A model generated the notes under the pieces. The model was given only the letters and a program-made list of their open reading frames with translations. It made no database searches and was not told where the DNA came from. Shown here one piece after another: positions 34,617 to 42,310 of a DNA stretch of 43,573 nt. Origin of the DNA: a virus (taxonomy: Duplodnaviria; Caudoviricetes); IMG/VR virus record IMGVR_UViG_3300048577_000543, positions 1 to 43,573 of that record; one strand, given 5' to 3'. How positions within the stretch are numbered: the stretch's first letter is position 1; the number at the start of each line of letters is the position of its first letter. Position numbers and translations under genes: made by a program.

Positions 34617-36349
34617 TCTTACCTAAAGAAATCGCACAGGACTTTAGAAAGTTTCTGTTTGTTGTTTGGAAACATCTAGGCCTTCCTCCTCCTACTAAAG
34701 TGCAATACGAGATTGCCCATTGGTTGCAGGAAGGCCCTAGACGAAAAATCATTGAGGGATATCGGGGGATAGGGAAGTCATGGATTACCTCAGCCTATGT
34801 TTGTTGGAGAGGTGCTAATGACCCTGAGCAAAAATTTCTGGTTGTCTCAGCCTCAAAAGGGCGGTCGGATGACTTCTCAATATTCACCCAAAGGCTCATT
34901 ACTGAGCTACCTTACCTCAACCACCTTTTACCCTCGAATGACCAAAGGTTCTCCAAAGTAGCCTTCGACTTCCGGCCGTCCCGAGCTTCCCACGCACCCT
35001 CTGTCAAATCCGTTGGCATCTTTGGCCAGCTTACCGGCTCCCGTGCTACGGAAGTTATTGCGGATGATATCGAGGTTGCTCAGAACTCCATTACTCAAGA
35101 CCTTAGGGAAAAGCTGCTTAAGGCTGTCATGGAGTTTGAGGCCATCATTGTCCCGAATGTAGGCAAGATAACCTATTTGGGAACCCCTCAGACCGAAGAG
35201 TCGGTTTATAACACACTGAGGAAGCGCGGCTATGTTGCCCGCATTTGGCCTGCTAGATACCCTGAGGCAGACAAGATGGAAGTCTATGGGGAAGCCTTGG
35301 CTCCAACCTTGGCTGAGGACTTGGTAAAGAAACCTTCACTCCATGGTAGGCCTACTGACCCGAAGCGCTTCTCTGATAGAGAGTTAGCCGAGCGTGAAGC
35401 CTCTTATGGACGCTCTGGATTTACCCTTCAGTTCATGCTTGATACGTCTTTGAGTGATGCTCAGAGGTATCCTCTTAAGACCTCTGACCTCATTTGCATG
35501 AACTTGAATACTCTTTCAAGTCCTACTTGCATTCAATACGCCTCATCTATTGACCTTCAGATTAAAGAACTCCCTTGTATCGGTTTTAGCGGGGATAGGT
35601 TTTATCGCCCTATGTACTTCAATAAGGACGTCCTAGCCGAGTATGAAGGGTCTGTGATGAGTATTGACCCGAGTGGACGCGGTAGTGATGAAATTGGCTA
35701 TTCCGTTGTTAAGCAAAGGCATGGTCAATTGTTCGCTCCTGACTTTGGAGGACTAAAAGGAGGTTATGAGGACCCCAACCTAGTGACTTTGGCGAAGATA
35801 GCTCAGACTAATAAGGTCAATGTCGTTATCATTGAGTCGAACTTTGGCGACGGGATGTTCACTAAAATCTTTACTCCGGTTCTGAGCAAATACCATAAAT
35901 GCTCAATAGAAGAAGTGAAGCATTCCACTCAGAAAGAGCGGCGAATCATTGATACCCTTGAACCAGTCATGAACCAGCACAGACTTATCCTGGACGTGGA
36001 GGCCATCAAGAAAGACCTTAAGGAGCTTGAGTCCCCCTCGCCGGTCTATTCCATGCTCTATCAGCTTACACGGATAACCAAGGAAAGAGGGGCATTGAAA
36101 CATGATGACCGCCTTGATGCCCTGGCTATGGCTGTGTCCTATTGGCTTGAGAGTATGGCCAAGGACGAGCTTAAAAGTGTTGAGTCTTTCAAAGAGAAGC
36201 TCCTTGATGATGAGCTTAGAAGGTTCACCCAGGATTGCTCCTATAGTGGCCCTATGACTGTCTACCGAGGAGGTAGGGAGGTTATGACCTATTCTCCCTA
36301 TGACAAGAAGTTGTCGATGAATAAGAAAGTTTGGGTTAAAATCCATTGA
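34616..36349 (+). CDS. Terminase large subunit (gp19), probable non-canonical ATC start
   Basis: GYRGIGKSWIT, LTGSRA, IADDIE, LGTPQ, IDPSGRG.DE, IESNFGDGMF, HDDRLDA; conserved DFRKFLFVVWKHLGLPPPT lies upstream of the track start at 34700. Confidence 0.93.
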   Translation: MLPKEIAQDFRKFLFVVWKHLGLPPPTKVQYEIAHWLQEGPRRKIIEGYRGIGKSWITSAYVCWRGANDPEQKFLVVSASKGRSDDFSIFTQRLITELPYLNHLLPSNDQRFSKVAFDFRPSRASHAPSVKSVGIFGQLTGSRATEVIADDIEVAQNSITQDLREKLLKAVMEFEAIIVPNVGKITYLGTPQTEESVYNTLRKRGYVARIWPARYPEADKMEVYGEALAPTLAEDLVKKPSLHGRPTDPKRFSDRELAEREASYGRSGFTLQFMLDTSLSDAQRYPLKTSDLICMNLNTLSSPTCIQYASSIDLQIKELPCIGFSGDRFYRPMYFNKDVLAEYEGSVMSIDPSGRGSDEIGYSVVKQRHGQLFAPDFGGLKGGYEDPNLVTLAKIAQTNKVNVVIIESNFGDGMFTKIFTPVLSKYHKCSIEEVKHSTQKERRIIDTLEPVMNQHRLILDVEAIKKDLKELESPSPVYSMLYQLTRITKERGALKHDDRLDALAMAVSYWLESMAKDELKSVESFKEKLLDDELRRFTQDCSYSGPMTVYRGGREVMTYSPYDKKLSMNKKVWVKIH

Positions 36350-36374
36350 CATTAATTATGACCTTTGCTACCCT
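36346..36374 (+). promoter_or_regulatory. Sigma70-type promoter at the end of terL
   Basis: TTGACA (36346-36351), 17 bp, TACCCT (36369-36374) with TG extended -10. Confidence 0.6.
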
Positions 36375-36550
36375 ATAAGATTCTTATAGTATTCTTATAG
36401 GTATCCTAAGAGGATATCTCTAAGGATTCCTTTAGGTATCTCTCTAAGAATATTCTATTATATTTCTCTTTCATATTCTCTATCTCTAAGAAGATATAAT
36501 AGGATACTCTAGGGATACCTAAGGGAGTCCTCTTGGGATATCTCTTGAGG
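36373..36550. repeat. Second AT-rich short-palindrome array (origin/packaging-like region)
   Basis: CTATAAGATTCTTATAG (36373-36389), TCTTATAGGTATCCTA (36393-36408), recurrent GGATAT/GTATC/CTAAG units. Confidence 0.65.
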
Positions 36551-36764
36551 GCAGAGTTAATGAGAGGAAGAAGAAAGAAATGTCTTGCCTCTCAGTACTG
36601 GATAGGTCATATTTTAAGATTGCCCTCTAGATGGTCAAATAAGAGCTTCTAGGTATCCAGGTGGAGAATGATGAGGAAAGATTGCCAGGATGGATTCTAG
36701 GGCCTATACGCGAAGCCTCAGGGGCATCTCTGTGGATGCCTTAAGCTACACAAGAGGGGTTGTG

Positions 36765-37145
36765 ATGAGAAAGATGGGATTGATTGGTGGGATGTTCCTA
36801 GTCATTACCCTTACTGCCTGTGGCCCCTTTGTCCATGTTGATAAAGTTTCCCCTGAGGAAGCCTCTAGGGTTCAAGACAAGGTTAAGATTTATAACAACT
36901 CCCAATTGTTTGGTAAGAGCTTTGAAGTCGTGAATGTCATTGAGGGCAACTCGTGCAAGAGTAAGACCTGGGATAAGCCAGCCTCAAGGCCTGCGGCTAT
37001 CGAACAGCTACGGTTCCAGGCATACAGGCTTGGAGCCAACGGCATTACGAACATCCAATGCCATAACCGAGAGGAAACCTCTTTGAGCACCAATTGTTGG
37101 GACTTGATATCCTGTACTGCTGAGGCCGTGAAGGTAAGCGAGTAG
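36765..37145 (+). CDS. RcsF-like lipoprotein (moron)
   Basis: Lipobox LTAC; VKIY...GKSF.....IEGNSC......PAS...A...L...A..LGANG.....C...C....C..EA resembles the RcsF core with four Cys. Confidence 0.8.
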   Translation: MRKMGLIGGMFLVITLTACGPFVHVDKVSPEEASRVQDKVKIYNNSQLFGKSFEVVNVIEGNSCKSKTWDKPASRPAAIEQLRFQAYRLGANGITNIQCHNREETSLSTNCWDLISCTAEAVKVSE

Positions 37146-37149
37146 GGGA

Positions 37150-37540
37150 TACCTTCGATATTTTTATTGCAAATTTCTGAACCTGTACCCTCGATAGGCG
37201 ATTGAGGGAGTTCCCCCGTGTGCCCACCTGATGACCTACGTGTAGGGGATTCTTTGCGCCTTCCTTACGTCCTGCCTCATCTTCCCTTGCGTCTCCAGCC
37301 TGCCAAGCACTCTCTATGCCTCTCTGTGCCTACCCTAGAAAGTCACAAGGTAGCTCTTAGCCAGCCTATAGCCTCATCATCCATTAGATAAGTAATCTAG
37401 TGCCTACCTATCCTGGCCCACGGGATGTCAAATTAGCCTTAACACTCCTTATATGCGTCCAAACGTGGGATGCTGCCTCTATCCTCGCCTGAATCTCTCA
37501 AGTTGCACGAATCACTCACACATTTAACGCTATTTGTTTT
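37150..37540. other. Non-coding probable virion genome-end (terminal repeat/packaging) region
   Basis: No convincing ORF; lies between the terminase module and the early genes; low-complexity GCCT-rich tract. Confidence 0.45.
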
Positions 37541-37546
37541 TTTCTT

Positions 37547-37596
37547 TACCAAACTTGGGAAATACCTTGACCAAACTTAGAAAGTACGTGTAGACC
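37547..37596 (+). promoter_or_regulatory. Candidate early host-RNAP promoter with two tandem CCAA-AC-TT(G/A)G sites
   Basis: TTGACC 37567-37572 and TAGACC 37591-37596; motif copies at 37547 and 37569, 22 bp apart. Confidence 0.5.
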
Positions 37597-37694
37597 TCTT
37601 CTCAACGGGCCACCACAAACAATGCGGGAGTAACCCACCGAGTCCCACGGGATAAAGAAAACGGGTTTCATCGAAGCAGGTGACAGACACAGTG

Positions 37695-37725
37695 GCTCTT
37701 TCAAGATTCCGAAAGCTCTTTGAAA
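37695..37725 (+). promoter_or_regulatory. Two boxA-like antitermination elements
   Basis: GCTCTTTCAA (37695) and GCTCTTTGAAA (37715) in the early leader. Confidence 0.5.
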
Positions 37726-37790
37726 TAGGCTGCACTAGAGGGAAACACTGGCTACCAGTCAATGCCTTTAGGGTTATACAGGGATGAGTC

Positions 37791-37847
37791 AACACCTTAT
37801 CAAAGCTCCATCAAGAAAAGTCTTGGTGGGGCAAATGGTAAGATGTT
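37791..37847 (+). other. Long hairpin before the first early genes (RNase III site candidate)
   Basis: GCTCCATCAAGA-AAAG-TCTTGGTGGGGC extended by AACACCTTATCA/TGGTAAGATGTT. Confidence 0.6.
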
Positions 37848-37967
37848 TAACAGCCAACAAAAGGAGCAAACTAAATGGATATATACATGGTTTATAGGAT
37901 TAGAGCGCCTTCATCATAGGAGGACTTAGAAACAGCACTTCAAGAACAGCAAATGGGGGTATCTACA

Positions 37968-38111
37968 ATGTTCACGAGCAAGAGACTTAATAGGTTTGCC
38001 TTGCATAGAGACTGGAGGGAATACGCTTGGATTATTCAAGTCCATTATGAAATTCTCTCACTACGGAAGGCATTGGGTTACACAAAGAACTTTGCAAGAG
38101 GATGGAAATAA
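37968..38111 (+). CDS. 47-aa early protein (not in ORF track)
   Basis: GGGGGTATCTACAATG start context resembles those at 38619 and 40245; MFTSKRLNRFALHRDWREYAW... Confidence 0.5.
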   Translation: MFTSKRLNRFALHRDWREYAWIIQVHYEILSLRKALGYTKNFARGWK

Positions 38112-38113
38112 GC

Positions 38114-38311
38114 ATGTCGTCATCATCTTATCCTATTCAGGCTGAATACCATGTAACTGGAATCCTAACCAATGGCACACGCTTTAAGACAATCAAAACA
38201 TCAAGCTATATACATGCCATGTGTATAAACCTTTGGTGTGGCTCGGTATGGTTAGTTGAAGACGCCAAACGTAAGCTTATAAGACGTGTTCAAAATGGAG
38301 TATATCAATAA
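38114..38311 (+). CDS. Early hypothetical protein
   Basis: YHVTG....G.RFK...HAMCINLW.GSVW pattern; tight packing. Confidence 0.7.
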   Translation: MSSSSYPIQAEYHVTGILTNGTRFKTIKTSSYIHAMCINLWCGSVWLVEDAKRKLIRRVQNGVYQ

Positions 38312-38436
38312 TGAGACACATCCTAGAAATCCTCTCATCATTTGCGTGGATTACTCCAAGGTCAGCACGTAAAGCGGCTTGTATTATCTGGCCTGCTTAT
38401 GCTGAAGAGATTCTTGCATACCCGTTCTTTTGGTAA
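38311..38436 (+). CDS. 41-aa early protein (not in ORF track)
   Basis: TAATG coupling, GGAG RBS; MRHILEILSSFAWITPRSARKAACIIWPAYAEEILAYPFFW. Confidence 0.5.
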   Translation: MRHILEILSSFAWITPRSARKAACIIWPAYAEEILAYPFFW

Positions 38437-38466
38437 ACCTTTTAATATTTAAAGGAGCTTCATACC

Positions 38467-38604
38467 ATGATATCTGTTTTAAATCCTCTTCCGGTTATCA
38501 TTGTTCTTACGTTGTTAACCCTTACGGTTGGTGGTTTTATCTCATTCTGGTGGCCTCTTGGGTTCCTTGGCATTTCTGTTTTAGCCACACTATTTGATAT
38601 CTAA
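38467..38604 (+). CDS. 45-aa 2-TM early membrane peptide (not in ORF track)
   Basis: AAGGAG RBS; MISVLNPLPVIIVLTLLTLTVGGFISFWWPLGFLGISVLATLFDI. Confidence 0.6.
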   Translation: MISVLNPLPVIIVLTLLTLTVGGFISFWWPLGFLGISVLATLFDI

Positions 38605-38618
38605 GAGGGGTCTTTACC

Positions 38619-39287
38619 ATGTCTATATCCCCAAACATCTACGTTGCGTCACTGTCTGATTACAACAACGGCAACCTATTAGGGGTCACAATCGAGTTAG
38701 AAGGAAAGGACGAATCCGAAGTATGGCAAGAGATTAACGCCATGCTTAAGCAAAGCAAGTACCCTAATGTCATGCGTAGAGACTGCGAATGTCTATCTTG
38801 TGGTCATAAGTGGACCCAAGACGTTAACAGTAAGACACCACTTGCTTGCCCTGAGTGCCTGGAAGATGACCCGGATTTTATGGAATATTCTTTAGCTTAT
38901 CCTTCTGCCGAAGAGTTCGCCATCCATAGTTACGACCTCGGAGGTATCCGCATATCGGAGTATGAGGCTATTAAGGATGTCCTTAAGATTTCCGATGCCC
39001 TTGTAGAACACGAAGAGGATGGAAACGGAGAAACATTTGCCTTGTATGTTCAGAATGTAGGCGTTGAAGCGGCCATAGATAACTATGAAGAAGCCTTTTT
39101 AGGTGAATACGACAGCGAAAGGGCTTACGCCGAGAACCTTTTAGATGACACTGGCCAGCTTGATGCCATCCCGGAGAACCTTAGAGGATACTTTGACTAT
39201 GAGTCCTTTGCTCGGGACTTATTCATGGATGGTTATAGTTCCGAAAGGCTGTCTAATGGTGGTGTTGCGGTGTTCTTGGATGTGTAA
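38619..39287 (+). CDS. ardA: ArdA antirestriction DNA mimic with inserted Zn ribbon
   Basis: IYVASLSDYNNG.L.G, EEFAIH.YD, IPENLRGYFDYESFARDL; very acidic. Confidence 0.92.
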   Translation: MSISPNIYVASLSDYNNGNLLGVTIELEGKDESEVWQEINAMLKQSKYPNVMRRDCECLSCGHKWTQDVNSKTPLACPECLEDDPDFMEYSLAYPSAEEFAIHSYDLGGIRISEYEAIKDVLKISDALVEHEEDGNGETFALYVQNVGVEAAIDNYEEAFLGEYDSERAYAENLLDDTGQLDAIPENLRGYFDYESFARDLFMDGYSSERLSNGGVAVFLDV

Positions 39288-39304
39288 GAAGGAGCATTAT
39301 TCTC

Positions 39305-39586
39305 ATGAAAGAAATAGATTTCACGCGGCCTACTTGGGGCCATGCTTTGCATCCTGGGACAGTTCATTCAATTGACACTAGAAGTTATTTCCAAAGACTC
39401 TTAAACTACAAGCCAAAGCCTGTATATAGTGTAATGTGTCATTGTCGTCTGTGCCCTCAAATTGGAGACAGCATAAGATTTAACTCTAAAGACGGAGAAG
39501 GGAGGGCCAAAATATTAGAGGTAATCCCATGCGGAGACCCTAACGATATGTTTACATTAGAAATTGTGGTGTTCTCGGATATCTAA
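39305..39586 (+). CDS. Early hypothetical protein
   Basis: AAGGAG RBS, 93 aa, WGHA...DPNDMF. Confidence 0.75.
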   Translation: MKEIDFTRPTWGHALHPGTVHSIDTRSYFQRLLNYKPKPVYSVMCHCRLCPQIGDSIRFNSKDGEGRAKILEVIPCGDPNDMFTLEIVVFSDI

Positions 39587-39612
39587 CTAGAAGGTAAAGA
39601 GGGCAGGATATT

Positions 39613-39813
39613 ATGACCAAAAGAATTTGTAAAACGTGCCTTATGTATGATGAGCCTACAAACATATATAATGGTTCTAAGGGGGTATGCAATCATTTGA
39701 CACGGAAGCAAGCCAAATGCCTAGCAGAGTATCTTCCTAACGGCTTAGGTAATGGATGTTATATCGAAGTAACCGTGTCTGATGATTATTGTTGTGACGA
39801 ATACATCAACTAG
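39613..39813 (+). CDS. Small Cys-rich early protein
   Basis: CKTC...GVC...DYCCDEY; AGGA RBS. Confidence 0.65.
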   Translation: MTKRICKTCLMYDEPTNIYNGSKGVCNHLTRKQAKCLAEYLPNGLGNGCYIEVTVSDDYCCDEYIN

Positions 39814-40037
39814 GATAGAAATTCTTGTATGCCGTCATCTTCTCGGCGGCACTATGGCAGGCATGTGCTTGTCATACATTAGCCGGGAAACCAACACAGG
39901 ATAGGCTTTTGATTCGTACTTTGTTAGTGGGGTTGGGACGTCTACAGGTGCTAGTGTGTGTTAGACCATACATAAACATTCTGCCCAACTCCGTTAACAA
40001 GGTGCGAATGTAGAGAAGCATACTTAACTAAAACAAA

Positions 40038-40229
40038 ATGGTGAGGGCAATGGACTATAGATTGATTAACCTTGACCTAAATGTGGCCTTAGCGGCTGTG
40101 CATGGCATTAAATGCGACCTTTCTAGATTATATAACCAACAGATTAAAGGCGCACAATTGTATGAAATTGCAAAAAACCTTCGAGCGGTGGCTGGCTTTT
40201 TAGATAAATTAGCAGAAGATATACACTAA
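40038..40229 (+). CDS. Early hypothetical protein (start may be 40050)
   Basis: GAGGG RBS precedes the second ATG. Confidence 0.55.
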   Translation: MVRAMDYRLINLDLNVALAAVHGIKCDLSRLYNQQIKGAQLYEIAKNLRAVAGFLDKLAEDIH

Positions 40230-40244
40230 TAGGGGGTCTTCACA

Positions 40245-40517
40245 ATGAATAACACTAGGCGCAAACAAATTGATAAGGTCTTAGCGTCCATTTCGGACAT
40301 TCGGGACTCTTTAAGGGAATTAGTTGAGACGGTAGACGGTCTAATGTGTGAGGAGCAAGACGCTTTTGATAACATGCCTGAGGGCCTTCAAGGAAGCGAG
40401 AAAGGGGAAAAGGTAGAAGAGGCCATATACAGGCTTGAATCCTCTTTCCAGTCTATTGACCAAGCTGTTTCTTGTCTTGATGAAGCTGAATCAGACCTTG
40501 AAGATGCAAAGGAGTAG
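40245..40517 (+). CDS. Acidic coiled-coil early protein
   Basis: MNNTRRKQI...EEQDAFDNMPEGLQGSEKGE pattern; strong RBS. Confidence 0.8.
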   Translation: MNNTRRKQIDKVLASISDIRDSLRELVETVDGLMCEEQDAFDNMPEGLQGSEKGEKVEEAIYRLESSFQSIDQAVSCLDEAESDLEDAKE

Positions 40518-40522
40518 TTTAC

Positions 40523-41074
40523 ATGAAGATTAATCGCAAACATCCTAAAGGCGCGTCACGTATAGCGGCCCTAGGGCGTCAAATAGAGGGTTATAGGGCT
40601 AACGAGGCTATTATGTCCTATGCAAACCAAAAGGACCGTGAAAGGGCTAATAGGGCCGAGCAATGGGCTAATAAGGTCTTAGATATGGTTCGCAATCTCA
40701 CCGGGGCAGACTTGAGGCCCAGGGAAAGTAACCTAGATGTTTCCTCGGGGTGTGTCCAGGTTCCTCATAAGATGAATCTTAACCCTTCCTTTATATCTCC
40801 AGGCTCCCCTATTGAAGACCTTTCATATAAGGTAGTCTCTTTAAACGTCCTTGAGTTAGCCATAAGGAACAATCGGGAAAACCTTAGTACCTATGTGGAG
40901 CTTCGTATACGCAGAAATGGTTTCGGTAAGACTATCGCTTATGCTGTCTCCGATTCCTGCTTTGCAGCACATAATGGGCTACCAATGTACTTTAAGGAGT
41001 ACATGGCAGAGAAGATACTTAATGGCTTATGTGAAAAGTTTAGGGAAGAAAGAGGGTATTCTGATGGCAGATAA
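40523..41074 (+). CDS. Early hypothetical protein
   Basis: 183-aa ORF, AAGGAG RBS. Confidence 0.7.
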   Translation: MKINRKHPKGASRIAALGRQIEGYRANEAIMSYANQKDRERANRAEQWANKVLDMVRNLTGADLRPRESNLDVSSGCVQVPHKMNLNPSFISPGSPIEDLSYKVVSLNVLELAIRNNRENLSTYVELRIRRNGFGKTIAYAVSDSCFAAHNGLPMYFKEYMAEKILNGLCEKFREERGYSDGR

Positions 41075-41294
41075 TGACGCCAAGCTTTTCCATGCCCCTC
41101 CGTGGCTTTTCCGGTGCATACATGAGAGAAAGAAAGCGTTTGAAAGGACGCTTTCGCATGTTCCGCATAGCAAACTTGAAGGGCCTTTGAGGGGGTTCAA
41201 AGCTACGATAGTCATCATTGACGACATAGGGCTTGACTTTGGCCAACGAGTGAGCAAGGGGGAAGTATGCGAAGGCGCATTGCCGACTACTTAG
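41064..41294 (+). CDS. Early hypothetical protein
   Basis: ATG 41064 with GAGGG RBS, overlapping the upstream gene end. Confidence 0.5.
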   Translation: MADNDAKLFHAPPWLFRCIHERKKAFERTLSHVPHSKLEGPLRGFKATIVIIDDIGLDFGQRVSKGEVCEGALPTT

Positions 41295-41413
41295 AAAAAA
41301 TGTCGGTAGGATTCTTGGTAGGGGCCTATTTTCAGGAGTCCAGCCTAGCGGCCCTTTTTAGTGTATTATCGCTAGGTTATTGTTTGAGTATGACCAGGAG
41401 GTTAGCTAAATGA
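41267..41413 (+). CDS. 48-aa membrane peptide (not in ORF track)
   Basis: AAGGGGG RBS; MRRRIADYLEKMSVGFLVGAYFQESSLAALFSVLSLGYCLSMTRRLAK. Confidence 0.6.
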   Translation: MRRRIADYLEKMSVGFLVGAYFQESSLAALFSVLSLGYCLSMTRRLAK

Positions 41414-41526
41414 GTGCCAATAGCGTCCTTTGGCTGGCTTTCATTGTCTGCACTGGTCTTTACATTTATGGACTGACCCTCCCGCCTGACAAGCCTAATA
41501 AGCGGCCCGGTCGAGGCTGCAAATAG
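41410..41526 (+). CDS. 38-aa single-TM peptide (not in ORF track)
   Basis: AGGAGG RBS, ATGA overlap; MSANSVLWLAFIVCTGLYIYGLTLPPDKPNKRPGRGCK. Confidence 0.6.
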   Translation: MSANSVLWLAFIVCTGLYIYGLTLPPDKPNKRPGRGCK

Positions 41527-41550
41527 CTCCCTTAAGCCTTCCTCTTCTTT

Positions 41551-41586
41551 AAGGCCCTGGCCTAACCAACCGGGGCTTTTCCTTTT
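41551..41586 (+). terminator. Intrinsic terminator closing the early operon
   Basis: AAGGCCCTGG / CCGGGGCTTT stem followed by TCCTTTT. Confidence 0.8.
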
Positions 41587-42076
41587 CTAAGTTACCCCAA
41601 GCAAATCTCCTAGCTATCCTGTCTAGTTTCCTTCTTTGTTTCTATTATATAAAGATTTTTTCACGATTGCTTTATCCATGTTAAAAATCATGTCTTGTAT
41701 AAGAGTGTTATCTGACATGAATATTCCTGGGGTGTAATAGATTCAAGTATTTTCTTTTTACAGTGTAACCGAGTTTAAATTTAGAGCGACTTAATTACTC
41801 GTTGTTTTGTAATGCATTCTATTGGCAGATATTTGCATTATAAGGAGTAATGCCAGTATAGTTATCATTCTAACAGTTAATTATTGCTAAGTTGCATAAT
41901 ATGGCCATAGTCGATAAATAATAGAATAGAAGTTTTCGCTTCATTCTTCGGGTAAAAGAATTACATTGACGTCATTACGCACAGGTAATATTCGGGATGC
42001 GAACTAAAGACTTTCGTTGAGTGGAAAAAGGACTTTCCAAAAACTCTTGACTAAACATTTCAGAGGAGCTAGTCCG

Positions 42077-42310
42077 ATGACTGTATGCACCCTAAGGCCT
42101 ACTGTTTATTCCTTGGAAATCACTAACGAATCTGTGTTTATCTCAGTTAAGACAGTAGGTGAAATGGAAGACGTTGATGGGCCTGGGGACCATGAATGCT
42201 CTAATTTCTCAGATTTGGGAGACCTCACCACGCAACAAAAGGACAAATTATGGATGCTATTATCAGATTTAAATGCGCTCTTGAATTTGCCCATGAGCAA
42301 TGCGGTGTAG
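42077..42310 (+). CDS. Hypothetical protein upstream of the regulator
   Basis: ATG 42077 with GAGGAG RBS; overlaps the next gene by 61 nt. Confidence 0.45.
   Translation: MTVCTLRPTVYSLEITNESVFISVKTVGEMEDVDGPGDHECSNFSDLGDLTTQQKDKLWMLLSDLNALLNLPMSNAV

Noticed and set aside
36373-36550. CRISPR array or tandem repeat in the palindrome-rich tract
   Set aside because: No constant-length repeat with unique spacers and no cas genes
37875-38111. 14-codon ORF joined in frame across a TAG to the 47-aa early gene (amber read-through or pseudogene)
   Set aside because: The downstream ATG at 37968 has its own RBS matching other early genes, and no recoding signal is visible; coincidence is sufficient
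39825-40013. 62-aa ORF in the early region
   Set aside because: TTG start without a good RBS and no recognisable features; treated as intergenic
41823-41837. Sigma54-like TGGCA...TTGCA
   Set aside because: GG to GC spacing is 9 nt rather than the required 10
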